Below, one piece after another: positions 48,588-60,087 of a stretch of 64,000 nucleotides of DNA; the stretch's first letter is position 1; each line of letters opens with the position of its first letter. The notes beneath the pieces are model-generated. The model made no database searches. It worked only from the letters and a program-made list of their open reading frames with translations, and was not told the DNA's origin. The stretch lies in the NCBI GenBank assembly GCA_038228545.1, contig JBBRPE010000004.1, positions 161 through 64,160 of the forward strand. Direction: 5' to 3'. The translations under genes were made by a program, and so were the position numbers. This DNA is from Minisyncoccia bacterium. GTDB lineage: Bacteria; Patescibacteriota; Minisyncoccia; Phycocordibacterales; Phycocordibacteraceae.

Positions 48588-49223
48588 ATGGATAAAACTC
48601 GCGTATTAGCTCTCTCCGATGGCGTCTTCGCCATCGTTATGACACTCCTCATTTTCGACATAAAGATTCCGGCCTTTACGGACATGGTCACGGATGTACA
48701 GCTCTGGAATGCACTCGGCATCCTCTGGCCGCATTTCCTCGTTTTCGCTGGTACGTTCGCTGTGCTCTCGGTCATGTGGCTCAATCACCACTTTCTTTTT
48801 GATACTTTCGCAAAGGAGGTAGATCGTCCTCTGAATCTACTGAATCTGCTCTATCTCATGTTCATTGCGTTCGTCCCATTCTCAGCGTCCTTTATGGGAG
48901 AGTTCCATGCCCATCAGCCAGCGGTAGTACTCTACGGGCTGAATCTGCTGGCGGTTGCGTTCGTCTCTACCTTTATGACGGCCTATATAAAAAAGACGCA
49001 GGGTGTCGAGCATCTTTCCGACCGCCTCCTCAATCAATCTCGCTTCCGCTACACGCTTAACATTCTCTGCTACCTACTGGCACTTGCGGTGTCGTTCCTG
49101 AACGAATATGCAGCCCTCTTCTTCTACATTTTCCCGGTCTTCTTCAATATAATCCCCGGTACCCTCGACTTCACAGAGAAATTGTTCCGTTTTGACCTGG
49201 GCGAACGCGAGGCAGGAAAGTAA
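48588..49223 (+). CDS. TMEM175/DUF1211 family putative potassium channel
   Basis: RVLALSDGVFAIVMTLLIFDIKIP is the DUF1211 signature (RxxxFSDGVFAIAxTLL). Two such 3-TM repeats. Confidence 0.75.
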   Translation: MDKTRVLALSDGVFAIVMTLLIFDIKIPAFTDMVTDVQLWNALGILWPHFLVFAGTFAVLSVMWLNHHFLFDTFAKEVDRPLNLLNLLYLMFIAFVPFSASFMGEFHAHQPAVVLYGLNLLAVAFVSTFMTAYIKKTQGVEHLSDRLLNQSRFRYTLNILCYLLALAVSFLNEYAALFFYIFPVFFNIIPGTLDFTEKLFRFDLGEREAGK

Positions 49224-49541
49224 TCCACAAGTGGACTTGACCCTTCGTAGGGGAGGCGTACACTCATAGATAGGGAGTCAGAACATTGCGGGAATGGTTT
49301 GGGTTTTCCTGAAGGAAAACGATGTGCACGTTTGTACAAAATCAATTTTGAGCTTCGGCCCAAAAAAGATTCGTCTAGAACTTCTAGACATACAAACCAC
49401 CATCAGTGACCAACGTCACACACCTTCTTCAAAAACCAAAAACACCCCTCAACCCCCTCTCACTCCAATCTGTTCATCCGCCCTCGAACGCTTCCCCGGA
49501 AGCGTTCTGTTAATTATGGGGGAGAGGAGTACCATACGGGC

Positions 49542-50258
49542 ATGGAAAGGAAACTCCCACTCCGAGCATTAGGAAAGCGTCCAGTAGCCGTCTTCGACAT
49601 AGACGGCACGCTTTTCCGCTCCTCACTTTTGATTGAGCTTGTTGAGGAACTGGTTCGTCGTGAGATATTCCCCGAAGCTGCTCGCACTACGTATAAAGAC
49701 GCGCATGCCGCGTGGCAGAACAGGAAGGGGGAATATGGTCCTTTTATACAAAAGGTTGTGCTTGCATTCGGCAAATACGCTAAAGGCGTACCCTATGGTG
49801 AGGTTGCAGATGTAGCCGGAGAAATCATCGAGGCCAAGAAAGACATTGTCTATAACTACACTCGCGACTTGCTCGATGAGCTTAAGAAGTCGGGTCACTA
49901 TCTGCTCGCTATCTCGCACTCTCCTAAGTTCATTGTCGACGGCTTTGCGTACGAGCTCGGGTTTGATAAGTCATACGGTACCTTCTATGACACCGGAGCG
50001 AGTAATCGCTTCACGGGTGAAGTTCTCGATGAGCATTTGATTATGAATAAGTCAGCAGTGCTGAAGCGTGCGATGGATAAAGAAAAACTGACGGACATAG
50101 GCTCCTACGGAGTGGGGGACACAGAGAGCGACATCAGTATGCTCGCAATGGTAGAAAATCCGATAGCCTTTAATCCGAACAGGCTTCTGTATCGCCACGC
50201 CAAGAAGAACGACTGGAAAATTGTCGTAGAACGTAAGGACGTTATTTACGAAATTTAA
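49542..50258 (+). CDS. HAD-IB subfamily hydrolase (phosphoserine phosphatase-like)
   Basis: VAVFDIDGTLF (motif I), SHSPKF, and GVGDTESDISM (motif IV). Confidence 0.75.
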   Translation: MERKLPLRALGKRPVAVFDIDGTLFRSSLLIELVEELVRREIFPEAARTTYKDAHAAWQNRKGEYGPFIQKVVLAFGKYAKGVPYGEVADVAGEIIEAKKDIVYNYTRDLLDELKKSGHYLLAISHSPKFIVDGFAYELGFDKSYGTFYDTGASNRFTGEVLDEHLIMNKSAVLKRAMDKEKLTDIGSYGVGDTESDISMLAMVENPIAFNPNRLLYRHAKKNDWKIVVERKDVIYEI

Positions 50259-50281
50259 GTCTCAGTGTTAATGTCAAAAGC

Positions 50282-50644
50282 ATGATAAATACTCAAACCA
50301 GACTCTCCCAGAAGAACTTCTTTATCGGATGGTTTTGGATATTTGCCTTCTCCGTCCTTTACGTAGTAATCGATAAGCTGGTCTCGATTAGTGGGATCGT
50401 TGGGATTGTGTTTGACGGCATGTATATATTAGTGGGGATAGTGGCTGTCGCGTTTGGTCTGTGGCTAGTTGTATATAGGCTCCATGATCTTGGAAAGAGT
50501 GGCTGGTTTGCGCTTATATATCTAATTCCCTGCATAGACTTTCTTTTTCTTCTGTACCTCTTTTTTAAGAAGGGTGATGAAACCAGTAATAGATACGGAG
50601 AACCAAATACAGTGTCTCTTTTCAAGACCTTCTTGAAGTCTTAA
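50282..50644 (+). CDS. DUF805 family membrane protein
   Basis: YRLHDLGKSGWFALIYLIPCIDFLFLLYLFFKKGDETSNRYGEPN matches the DUF805 C-terminal consensus. Confidence 0.75.
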   Translation: MINTQTRLSQKNFFIGWFWIFAFSVLYVVIDKLVSISGIVGIVFDGMYILVGIVAVAFGLWLVVYRLHDLGKSGWFALIYLIPCIDFLFLLYLFFKKGDETSNRYGEPNTVSLFKTFLKS

Positions 50645-50676
50645 TCTAACTCACGACATTTTGATATACTCCTCTC

Positions 50677-50934
50677 ATGACAAAACGACTCTACCGAAGC
50701 AAGGACAATAAGGTACTCGCCGGCGTATGTGGCGGAATAGGGGAGTACTTCGATGTAGATCCGGTGCTTATCCGCCTTCTGTACCTCGTGGCGACGGTCT
50801 TTACCGGTCTCGTACCTGGCGCGCTGTGCTACATCATCGCTATTGCCGTGGTGCCCGAAGCTCCACACATCACTCCCTCGAAATCAGCGGAGCCAATGCC
50901 CACACCCGAGTCGCATGACACCGGCTCAGTTTAG
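50677..50934 (+). CDS. PspC-domain protein
   Basis: LYRSKDNKVLAGVCGGIGEYFDVDPVLIRLLYLVATVFTG is the canonical PspC N-terminal domain. Confidence 0.8.
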   Translation: MTKRLYRSKDNKVLAGVCGGIGEYFDVDPVLIRLLYLVATVFTGLVPGALCYIIAIAVVPEAPHITPSKSAEPMPTPESHDTGSV

Positions 50935-51718
50935 GAGTCTCGTACTCAACTATCATACGAAGCAGGGACGGCACGCACTTCCGTGGCGTGAGACAACTGA
51001 CCCGTACAAGATTCTTGTTTCTGAAGTCATGCTTCAGCAGACGCAGGTGGAGCGGGTGATTCCGTACTATCGCGACTGGATGAAGAAGTACCCGACGGTG
51101 AAGAAACTCGCGAGCGCTTCGCTCGCGGATGTACTTAAAAGTTGGCAGGGACTTGGGTACAACAGGCGTGGGAAAGCTCTATGGGAGGCAGCGAAGAAGG
51201 TGGTTGAACTTGGAGAATTTCCAACGAGTGCCGAGGAACTTGAAAAACTACCTGGAGTGGGCCCGTACACCGCGCGCGCCGTGATGGCATTCGCATACAA
51301 CACCGATGTTATTTTCATAGAGACCAATATACGCACGGCAGTGACACACCACTTCTTTCCGAAGAAAAAGAAAGTAGACGACAAAGAATTGCTCGCGATT
51401 CTTGAGAAAGCCTATTCGAAAGGAAAGGCTCGTGTATGGTACGCAGCACTCATGGACTATGGCTCGTTCCTCAAACGCTCCGGAGTAAAACTAAACGCAC
51501 GGGCGAAAGGCTATACGAAACAATCCACCTTTGCCGGCTCAAGCAGGCAAGCGCGTGGAGCAATTCTAAAGGCACTTGTAGACGGACCACTTCCGCTCAT
51601 GCGTCTGGTGCTACTACTCGGCGACGACCGGAAAATACAGGTAGCGACGCAAGTGAACCGGCTCTACAACGAAGGAATGATAGAACGGAAAGGGAAGAAC
51701 TATATCCTACCTACGTGA
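50915..51718 (+). CDS. HhH-GPD family DNA glycosylase, MutY-like N-terminal domain, lacking Fe-S cysteines and the canonical MutY catalytic Asp
   Basis: LPWRETTDPYKILVSEVMLQQTQVERVIPYY...WQGLGYNRRGKAL...LPGVGPYTARAVM aligns with MutY. There are no Cys residues and no NUDIX-like C-terminal domain. Start at ATG 50915, overlapping the PspC gene end. Confidence 0.65.
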   Translation: MTPAQFRSLVLNYHTKQGRHALPWRETTDPYKILVSEVMLQQTQVERVIPYYRDWMKKYPTVKKLASASLADVLKSWQGLGYNRRGKALWEAAKKVVELGEFPTSAEELEKLPGVGPYTARAVMAFAYNTDVIFIETNIRTAVTHHFFPKKKKVDDKELLAILEKAYSKGKARVWYAALMDYGSFLKRSGVKLNARAKGYTKQSTFAGSSRQARGAILKALVDGPLPLMRLVLLLGDDRKIQVATQVNRLYNEGMIERKGKNYILPT

Positions 51719-51722
51719 GGCA

Positions 51723-51776
51723 AAGCACACTATCCTCTCTTTGTGACGGTCGTCACAAAGAGAGGATAGTGTGCTT
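51723..51776. repeat. Perfect 25-bp-stem hairpin between convergent genes (aagcacactatcctctctttgtgac ggtc gtcacaaagagaggatagtgtgctt)
   Basis: Seen directly. No U-tract on either strand. Lies between the mutY-like stop (51718) and the MFS stop (51809). Confidence 0.6.
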
Positions 51777-51808
51777 ATGCGGTTTGGATTAGTTGCAGAA
51801 GCTATGTT

Positions 51809-52966
51809 CTATTTAATATCGCGAATGCGAAGTGTGGCCATCACTCCTACAATGCCGATGATAATACTCGTAACGACAAAGAGTGTGGCGTAACCGGCGA
51901 CAGAAAGCAGGACACTGCCGATAAGGGGTGCAAGAAGAGCGGCAATGGGACGTGTTATACGGAATATACTGACGCTTGCCGCGTCAGCACTTGAGACACG
52001 CCTAAAGAAATGACCCTCGGTCATGGCTTCAACGAGCGCTGCACCCGAACGATTTACGACGAGAATGAGTACGATGAAAATAATCATTGTGTCGGCAGTA
52101 ACGAAAGCGAGCGCGGCGAAACCAAGCGCCATCAGAATGAAGCCGACTGCCATAATTTCTTTATCACCCCATTTCTTATCAGCGAGCCAGCCAGCAGGAT
52201 ATTCAAGAAGAACGAACGGCAGAAGCATGATGGCAAACATCCATCCGAGCGTGGACCACGGTATACGTAGGACAGTATGCAGATACAGCGAAATGTAGAG
52301 GGGTGCGAGGTGATAGAAGAACTGAAGTGTGCCGTGCGCAATAGTAACTGCACGCAAGTCTTTGTCCTTCGATAGGCACTGCGCAACCTCCACGATGTTT
52401 ACGAGATTCGGCGGTGTGACATGCGGAAGGCGATGGCGTGTCGAAGCGATTATAAGGAAAGGGATAAGTGAAGAAGCGGCGACCGCAAAAACGCGCCAGT
52501 ACGCCTCACTTGAATCAAGTACAAGCCCGACTATGAGCGGAGCAATGACGAGCACCATATTTCCTACGGTGAGGAAGAGTGTGCGAATGCGTCCGGTGGT
52601 GCCTTCTTGGGAGATGCTCGCCTCAAGGAGCAAATCAAGCTGAAACTCAAGTAGTGGTGTGGTGGCGAGTGCGATTGCAACAAGTAAGATAGCGGGAAGC
52701 GGTGCTGGGCTCATTGCAAGCCAGCCGAGAGCGAGAAGTTCAATGAATCCAAAAAAGAGCGCGAGCCGACGAGGTCGAAAATGTCGCACGAGTGCTGGAA
52801 GGAACGGAAACACCGAGAGCGTCATAACAGCACCAAGCGATACCACCATACCGGTAGCAGAGTCCGACATAAACGTCGCCAGATACGGCGTGATGATATA
52901 GATAATGAGAAAGAAATGCGCGGAAGCAAAGAAGTTGCTGAGCGTAAGGAGTGAGCGCGGCTTCAT
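51809..52966 (-). CDS. MFS transporter (12 TMS)
   Basis: 385-aa polytopic membrane protein with MFS-like loop motif and characteristic helix pattern. Confidence 0.7.
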   Translation of the reverse strand: MKPRSLLTLSNFFASAHFFLIIYIITPYLATFMSDSATGMVVSLGAVMTLSVFPFLPALVRHFRPRRLALFFGFIELLALGWLAMSPAPLPAILLVAIALATTPLLEFQLDLLLEASISQEGTTGRIRTLFLTVGNMVLVIAPLIVGLVLDSSEAYWRVFAVAASSLIPFLIIASTRHRLPHVTPPNLVNIVEVAQCLSKDKDLRAVTIAHGTLQFFYHLAPLYISLYLHTVLRIPWSTLGWMFAIMLLPFVLLEYPAGWLADKKWGDKEIMAVGFILMALGFAALAFVTADTMIIFIVLILVVNRSGAALVEAMTEGHFFRRVSSADAASVSIFRITRPIAALLAPLIGSVLLSVAGYATLFVVTSIIIGIVGVMATLRIRDIK

Positions 52967-53135
52967 TTGAAATCATTTTAGCACTACACAGGAGATTCGC
53001 CGTGGAAGACGCAGAATAATTTTCTACTGAAAATTTTCTTTCTACTCGGCTCGTCAGCCTGCGCAGGGTCTTCCGCAACGAATCACCAGCTCCGTCTTCG
53101 GAAGAATACATTCCATGCACGTCACTCGCTCCAAA

Positions 53136-53174
53136 CCACGCAACCCGCCGCACGAAGTGCGGCGGGTTGCGTGG
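53136..53174 (-). terminator. Intrinsic terminator of the RNase J gene (18-bp GC stem ccacgcaacccgccgcac gaa gtgcggcgggttgcgtgg)
   Basis: On the minus strand the stem is followed by UUUGG. Confidence 0.55.
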
Positions 53175-53239
53175 TGCGATACGGCGGATGAGACGCAGAG
53201 GCTCCGTAACGAAGCAGATGAAGTGCGTGTGCGACTCGA

Positions 53240-55192
53240 CTAAACGCCTATCAATACAGGAATAACCATAGGTGCCTTATTGGTGCGACTGAAGAGGTAG
53301 CCCGCCATAGTATCGGAGAGGGTGTTTTTTACGTAGTCGAGATCAACAGGGTTCATTCCTTGAGTTGAATCTTCCACAGTCTTCTTGATGAGAAGGCGCG
53401 CCTGATTGAGCAGGTCCTGGCTCTCACGCAGATAGATGAATCCGCGGGAAATGATGTCCGGAGACTTACGAAGCTTTCCGGTCTTCAGGTTTACCGTCGC
53501 GATGATAACGAACATGCCGTCCTTCGCAAGCATTTGACGATCGCGAATAACTACTTCCTGAAGGTCACCGATAGAGAAACCGTCCACAACGAGCGGTGCG
53601 GAAGGCACCTTCTCCTTGTGAATCATCATGGTCTCGCCGTCGATGATGTCGATAACGGTGCCGTTATCTGCAACGACAACGGAGTCCTTATCGCGTCCGG
53701 CTTGTATAGCAGCCTTTGCGTGGCTCTTGGTCATCGAATGGTAACCGTAAGCTGGCATGAAGAATTTCGCGCCGACTTTCTGGTTAATCCAAATGAGCTC
53801 ACCGGTATTTCCGTGACCGGTCGAGTGCACGTCGGAAGTGCGGTAGTGAATGAGTGTTACGTCATTGCGGTAGAGGTTGTCTTTCAACTTCTGCACGCTA
53901 ATTTCGTTTCCCGGAATGACAGACGACGAAAGCACTACCGTATCGCGATCGTTCAGGATGATGTTTTTGTGCTGTTTGGTAGCGATGCGCATGAGTGCGG
54001 CGAACTCTTCGCCCTGCGCGCCGGTCGCGAGTACAACAATCTTGTCGGGAGGATAGTCGCCGATTTCCTGTGCTGGAATAAGCGTTTCCTTTTTAAGATT
54101 CAAGAGGCCGGTCTTCTGCGCGATTTCGAGGTTTGTCTTAATCGAACGTCCCTCCGTAACAATCTTTTTTCCATACTTCTCTGCAATCTCGATGATATGA
54201 ATCATGCGATCAAACTGTGACGCGAACGTACCGATGATGAGACGGCCCGGCACGGTCTTGATGATTTCCTCAAGGGTCTCGTGCACCTTACGCTCAGGCA
54301 CGGAGAAACCATCACGCTCAGCGTTGGTTGAATCGGCAATGAAGAACAGGTTCTTCTCGGCACCAAGTGCGCCCCACTTTTTCTGTTCTTCGTCGGTTGG
54401 AATGCCGTTGTTGTGATCGAGCTTAAGGTCACCGGTAGCGATAACCCAGCCGTACGGCGTTTCGACTGCGATACCCATGGAGTCCGGAATCGAGTGAGTT
54501 ACCGGGAAGAACTTCACGCGAGTGGAGCCGATGGTAACGGTCGAGCCAGGCTCAACGGTAATCAAGTTCGGCTTTGGCATGTCTGGATATTCCTCCTGGC
54601 GCTTTGCAATCATGATGGCAGACAAATTCTGCGTGTAGATAGGTGGATTGCCGAAACGATTCATAAGGAACGGAATACCGCCGATATGGTCGAGGTGACC
54701 GTGGGTGATGAACACTGCACGAACACGGTCCATATTCTTTTCGAGGTACTTCGTATTTGGAAGAAGGTAATCAACGCCAGGATTACCGTCCTCGCTGGTG
54801 AACTGGAAGCCCACGTCGAAGATAAAGATGTCGCCGTTGGCTTCTACGGTGAACATGTTACGTCCGACTTCTTCCACGCCGCCGAGTGGCACGATGCGAA
54901 CGACGTTCGGTGCCGGTGCTTCAGGGAAATAGTCTGCGCTTTTCTTTACGGGTGCGCCGCCTTGGGATGGTCCCATGGGACGGCGGAGTGTGCGGCGAAT
55001 GGAGCGCGCTGCCTTGCCTGGGCGCGCTGCACCTCCTGCGCTCGGGCCTGTGTGAGGGCCACGCGCTGGTCCGCGGAACGGTGGGCGTGCGCCTTCTGAA
55101 GATGATCCTTCTCGGCGAGCGCCTTCGCGCGATGCGCTTCCTTCTGGTCGGTCTCCGCGCGGTGCGGGAGCCGGAGCTGGTGCTGAACTCAT
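53240..55192 (-). CDS. rnj: Ribonuclease J (metallo-beta-lactamase/beta-CASP family) with ~100-aa Arg/Gly/Pro/Ala-rich N-terminal extension
   Basis: HGHLDHIGGIPFL (HxHxDH), beta-CASP motifs and C-terminal domain. N-terminus MSSAPAPAPAPRGDRPEGSASREGARREG...GPARGPHTGPSAGGAARPGKAARS is low-complexity. Confidence 0.88.
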   Translation of the reverse strand: MSSAPAPAPAPRGDRPEGSASREGARREGSSSEGARPPFRGPARGPHTGPSAGGAARPGKAARSIRRTLRRPMGPSQGGAPVKKSADYFPEAPAPNVVRIVPLGGVEEVGRNMFTVEANGDIFIFDVGFQFTSEDGNPGVDYLLPNTKYLEKNMDRVRAVFITHGHLDHIGGIPFLMNRFGNPPIYTQNLSAIMIAKRQEEYPDMPKPNLITVEPGSTVTIGSTRVKFFPVTHSIPDSMGIAVETPYGWVIATGDLKLDHNNGIPTDEEQKKWGALGAEKNLFFIADSTNAERDGFSVPERKVHETLEEIIKTVPGRLIIGTFASQFDRMIHIIEIAEKYGKKIVTEGRSIKTNLEIAQKTGLLNLKKETLIPAQEIGDYPPDKIVVLATGAQGEEFAALMRIATKQHKNIILNDRDTVVLSSSVIPGNEISVQKLKDNLYRNDVTLIHYRTSDVHSTGHGNTGELIWINQKVGAKFFMPAYGYHSMTKSHAKAAIQAGRDKDSVVVADNGTVIDIIDGETMMIHKEKVPSAPLVVDGFSIGDLQEVVIRDRQMLAKDGMFVIIATVNLKTGKLRKSPDIISRGFIYLRESQDLLNQARLLIKKTVEDSTQGMNPVDLDYVKNTLSDTMAGYLFSRTNKAPMVIPVLIGV

Positions 55193-55291
55193 AGTTGGTA
55201 TTGGTTAATTAGTGATAACGATAAAGCCTAGTAGAGTCACTAGTTTTCGAACGCAAGTGCAGGGATACTTCCGTGCGAAAACTAAGTACTC

Positions 55292-57019
55292 TTACTGAAC
55301 AGAACCTTTGACGAGAAACGGCCAGATCCATTCGGTGCGCATGTGCCAGGTGGCCACGGTAGCAAAACGGTCTGCTGGTGAGGTGATTTGCGGGAGCACG
55401 ACACCTTTCAAACTCTTCGGTACGGCATAGACGAAATCCGGAGCGTGTGTGAATGCAGCGGGGTAATCGGCCGCGATACTGTCACTTATCTTCTGCAATT
55501 CTGACTGACGGACAGCTGGGTCGCCCTCCTGACGAGCTTTCTCAAGAAGTCCGTCCACGGTCTTGTCGCTGTAGAGGGCGATGTTCAGGCCGGGGTCGTT
55601 CTTCTGCGAAGAATCCCAGAAAGGGAAAAGATCCTGATTACTGCCAAGTACCATGCCGAAGTAGAGAGCATCGAACTTACGCGGACGAATGACGTTCGAT
55701 ACGAGCGAACCCGGATCGTAATACTCGAGTGATGTCGGTACACCGAGTTTTTGCCAGTCGGCCTGTACGGCGCCCGCAAGAACTTTGAGCTCCGGAACAT
55801 TCGACGTCGTAATAGTTACGGAATCGAGCGACAGCTTGAGCTTTGAGTTAGTCCAGACGTTGGTAGTTGAACCATAGGTCCATCCGGCATCCGTGAGAAT
55901 CTTCTTGGCGTTCGCTATGCGGTCGCCGGTCGGAAGAACAGGTTCTGTAATGCCACTACCTGGTGGTACGGGCCCTGCAAGCGACGTGGCGTAGCCACCA
56001 AGAAGTGTGTTCGTGATGTGGTCTCGGTCTATTGCGATGGAAAGAGCTTTGCGAACAGCGAGCTGGCCAAAGGCCTTGTTGTTCGTCTGATTGAAGAAGA
56101 CGCCGAAGATGCGGGAGTACGGAGCCGTAAGAGCCCCGGGTTCAGCTACTCCGTACGCGCTCTTCACAGAACCATTCTTGAACGCAGCTGTGAGGTCAGC
56201 TGTCGACCCGTAAAACTTGAAGCGGATTGCATCGAGATAGGGGCGACCGAGTGCGTAGGAATCATTTGCAGAAAGACTGTATCCCGTGATGAGTCCGTTT
56301 GCGTCGCGCACGATGCTGGTTGCTTTGAATGGTCCGTTGCCAACGGGCATCTCTATGCGTTTATCGAATGGAAACTGCTCGCTCTTGATGTTCTTCCATA
56401 GATGCGCCGGAAGAATGCCGAGTGTAGTGTCTTCGAGAAACGGCGCGTACGCCTTTGGGAGTGTGAAGCGCACAGTGTGCGCATCCACTGCCTCAACACG
56501 GATGTTTGCCCAGTTGGCGAGCTCAGGTGACTTGAGTGCCGGGTCTTGTGCCTTCTGTACGGTAAACACGACATCGTCGGGCGTAATAGGGGAGCCGTCC
56601 GTAAACTTGAGCCCCTGACGCAAAACAAATGTGTACACTTTGCCGTCGGGCGAAATGGTATAGCTCTGCGCAAGGACAGGGGTGAGACCGTGGGCGCTCT
56701 CTCCCATAAGCCCAGCGTACGTGAGCGCTACCAAGTCGCGGTCTGCGTCCGTGAACGCAAGAAGCGGATTCACAAAACGCGGATTACCAACGATTCCTTC
56801 GGTAAGATTTCCTCCGGTAGCCGGCACCTCGACGAGCACGGTGCGCTCGAGTGCAATCAGCCCGATAAGGCACGTGAACGAAAAAACCAGTGCGAGCACA
56901 GTCGCTAGTGCTTTGTCGCTTGGAGGCAGACTAGCAAAGAAGCGGGAAAGCGATTCAATACCACCTATGCGCCGAGGGCGCGAAAGTGTATCTGCCACGC
57001 CGGTAAACCGACTAGCCAT
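55292..57019 (-). CDS. ABC transporter substrate-binding protein, family 5 (peptide/nickel type), membrane-anchored
   Basis: N-terminal TM anchor (ALATVLALVFSFTCLIGLIAL) then SBP_bac_5-like fold (~540 aa). Start chosen at an internal Met to avoid overlap with secG (track gives 57061). Confidence 0.75.
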   Translation of the reverse strand: MASRFTGVADTLSRPRRIGGIESLSRFFASLPPSDKALATVLALVFSFTCLIGLIALERTVLVEVPATGGNLTEGIVGNPRFVNPLLAFTDADRDLVALTYAGLMGESAHGLTPVLAQSYTISPDGKVYTFVLRQGLKFTDGSPITPDDVVFTVQKAQDPALKSPELANWANIRVEAVDAHTVRFTLPKAYAPFLEDTTLGILPAHLWKNIKSEQFPFDKRIEMPVGNGPFKATSIVRDANGLITGYSLSANDSYALGRPYLDAIRFKFYGSTADLTAAFKNGSVKSAYGVAEPGALTAPYSRIFGVFFNQTNNKAFGQLAVRKALSIAIDRDHITNTLLGGYATSLAGPVPPGSGITEPVLPTGDRIANAKKILTDAGWTYGSTTNVWTNSKLKLSLDSVTITTSNVPELKVLAGAVQADWQKLGVPTSLEYYDPGSLVSNVIRPRKFDALYFGMVLGSNQDLFPFWDSSQKNDPGLNIALYSDKTVDGLLEKARQEGDPAVRQSELQKISDSIAADYPAAFTHAPDFVYAVPKSLKGVVLPQITSPADRFATVATWHMRTEWIWPFLVKGSVQ

Positions 57020-57026
57020 GAATGAA

Positions 57027-57257
57027 TCAGAGGAGGAACCCGAGGAATGCTGCCACGACAAACAAGATCGCCACTATGATTGTTGCGTTGAATAGAAACT
57101 TCTCCGCGCCACGGCGCTTGTAAAAAGTCGATGCGAAATTGTCGCCTCCAAAGGCTCCTCCGAGGTTGGCGCCGCGCTGTTGAAGCACGATGCCGAGGAT
57201 AAGGAGAAGGGAGAGGGCTGCTTCCGCGTATGGCAGTGTGGCCTTGAGTAACTCCAT
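57027..57257 (-). CDS. secG: Preprotein translocase subunit SecG
   Basis: MELLKATLPYAEAALSLLLILGIVLQQRGANLGGAFGGDNFASTFYKRRGAEKFLFNATIIVAILFVVAAFLGFLL matches SecG (two TM helices, GGAFGG loop). Confidence 0.85.
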   Translation of the reverse strand: MELLKATLPYAEAALSLLLILGIVLQQRGANLGGAFGGDNFASTFYKRRGAEKFLFNATIIVAILFVVAAFLGFLL

Positions 57258-57468
57258 CTGTACCCAGAAGCGTAGCATGACCGTTCGGGGCGGTCAATTT
57301 GGAGGCACGGGTCGCTCCGCCAGCGTCTACGCGCCCTCACTCTCGCTGGCGCAAATTTGCTCGCAGCCGCCTTACGGCTCGCAAATTACCATGCTGCGCC
57401 AGCTCCGAGAGTCCTCCATATTGTCCACCCCTCACTTAAGGGAAAATAGAGCTGGGGACAACGCAAAA

Positions 57469-57490
57469 CCCTCCGACAGATGTCGGAGGG
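57469..57490 (-). terminator. Rho-independent terminator for the minus-strand membrane-protein gene
   Basis: ccctccgac agat gtcggaggg. On the minus strand it is followed by GTTTTGCGTTG. Confidence 0.6.
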
Positions 57491-57513
57491 GGTGAAGTGC
57501 AGATGTGCGAGCT

Positions 57514-57867
57514 TTAGCTCGCGGTTCGGTTGGCCTTCAGGCTGGCCATGTAGGTCTGGCGTTCCCGCCAGATGTGCATGGCGATGATCCAGGCGCAGAC
57601 GACCAGATAGCCCGCGGTGGCGTCCGAGCTCATCTTCTCGTTGAAGTTCGAGTAGATGGCTTGGAAGATGCCATAAAGGCCGGTGCCGAGCAGGAAGCTC
57701 GCCAGGACATTCATCTCGTGTCTGATTGCCTTGACGTTGCCGGGCAGAGTGGACGTATCCGCATTGCGAATGGTCCGGTAGATGAAGTAGCCGACAAGGC
57801 CAAGGCCGATGACCGAACAGGCGATGAGCCCGAAGGCCGAACTGAAGAAGCTTTCAAAGTACAGCAT
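57514..57867 (-). CDS. Hypothetical membrane protein (4 TM helices)
   Basis: 117-aa ORF with hydrophobic segments. Divergent from groES; terminator downstream. Confidence 0.5.
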   Translation of the reverse strand: MLYFESFFSSAFGLIACSVIGLGLVGYFIYRTIRNADTSTLPGNVKAIRHEMNVLASFLLGTGLYGIFQAIYSNFNEKMSSDATAGYLVVCAWIIAMHIWRERQTYMASLKANRTAS

Positions 57868-58057
57868 GGCTTGATTTCCCCTCTGAGCCAGTTTCGAACA
57901 TACATATACAATACACCTTTTTCATCTAAAAGTCAAGTAGCGCCCAGGAAGAGCCTTCTTTATACTGTGGATAACCGGCGCGGCTGGTGCCGCGCCGAAT
58001 CAGGGCGTCTTTTCACTACGTGCTCAATTAATAACCGTTAAGCGAATTATTTTTACC

Positions 58058-60024
<1,967 letters not shown>

Positions 60025-60046
60025 CATCTCAGGAAATATGACAAAC

Positions 60047-60078
60047 AACCGCCGCGACCCGTGAGGGGCGCGGCGGTT
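60047..60078. terminator. Bidirectional intrinsic terminator after groEL (aaccgccgcgacccgtgaggggcgcggcggtt + CGTTTTG)
   Basis: GC-rich stem with a U-run on the plus strand. A convergent small gene ends at 60088. Confidence 0.65.
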
Positions 60079-60087
60079 CGTTTTGAC

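Noticed and set aside
57868-58057. CIRCE/HrcA operator upstream of groES
   Set aside because: There is no TTAGCACTC-N9-GAGTGCTAA match. Only an unrelated GC hairpin (cggcgcggc tggt gccgcgccg, 57975-57997) is present.
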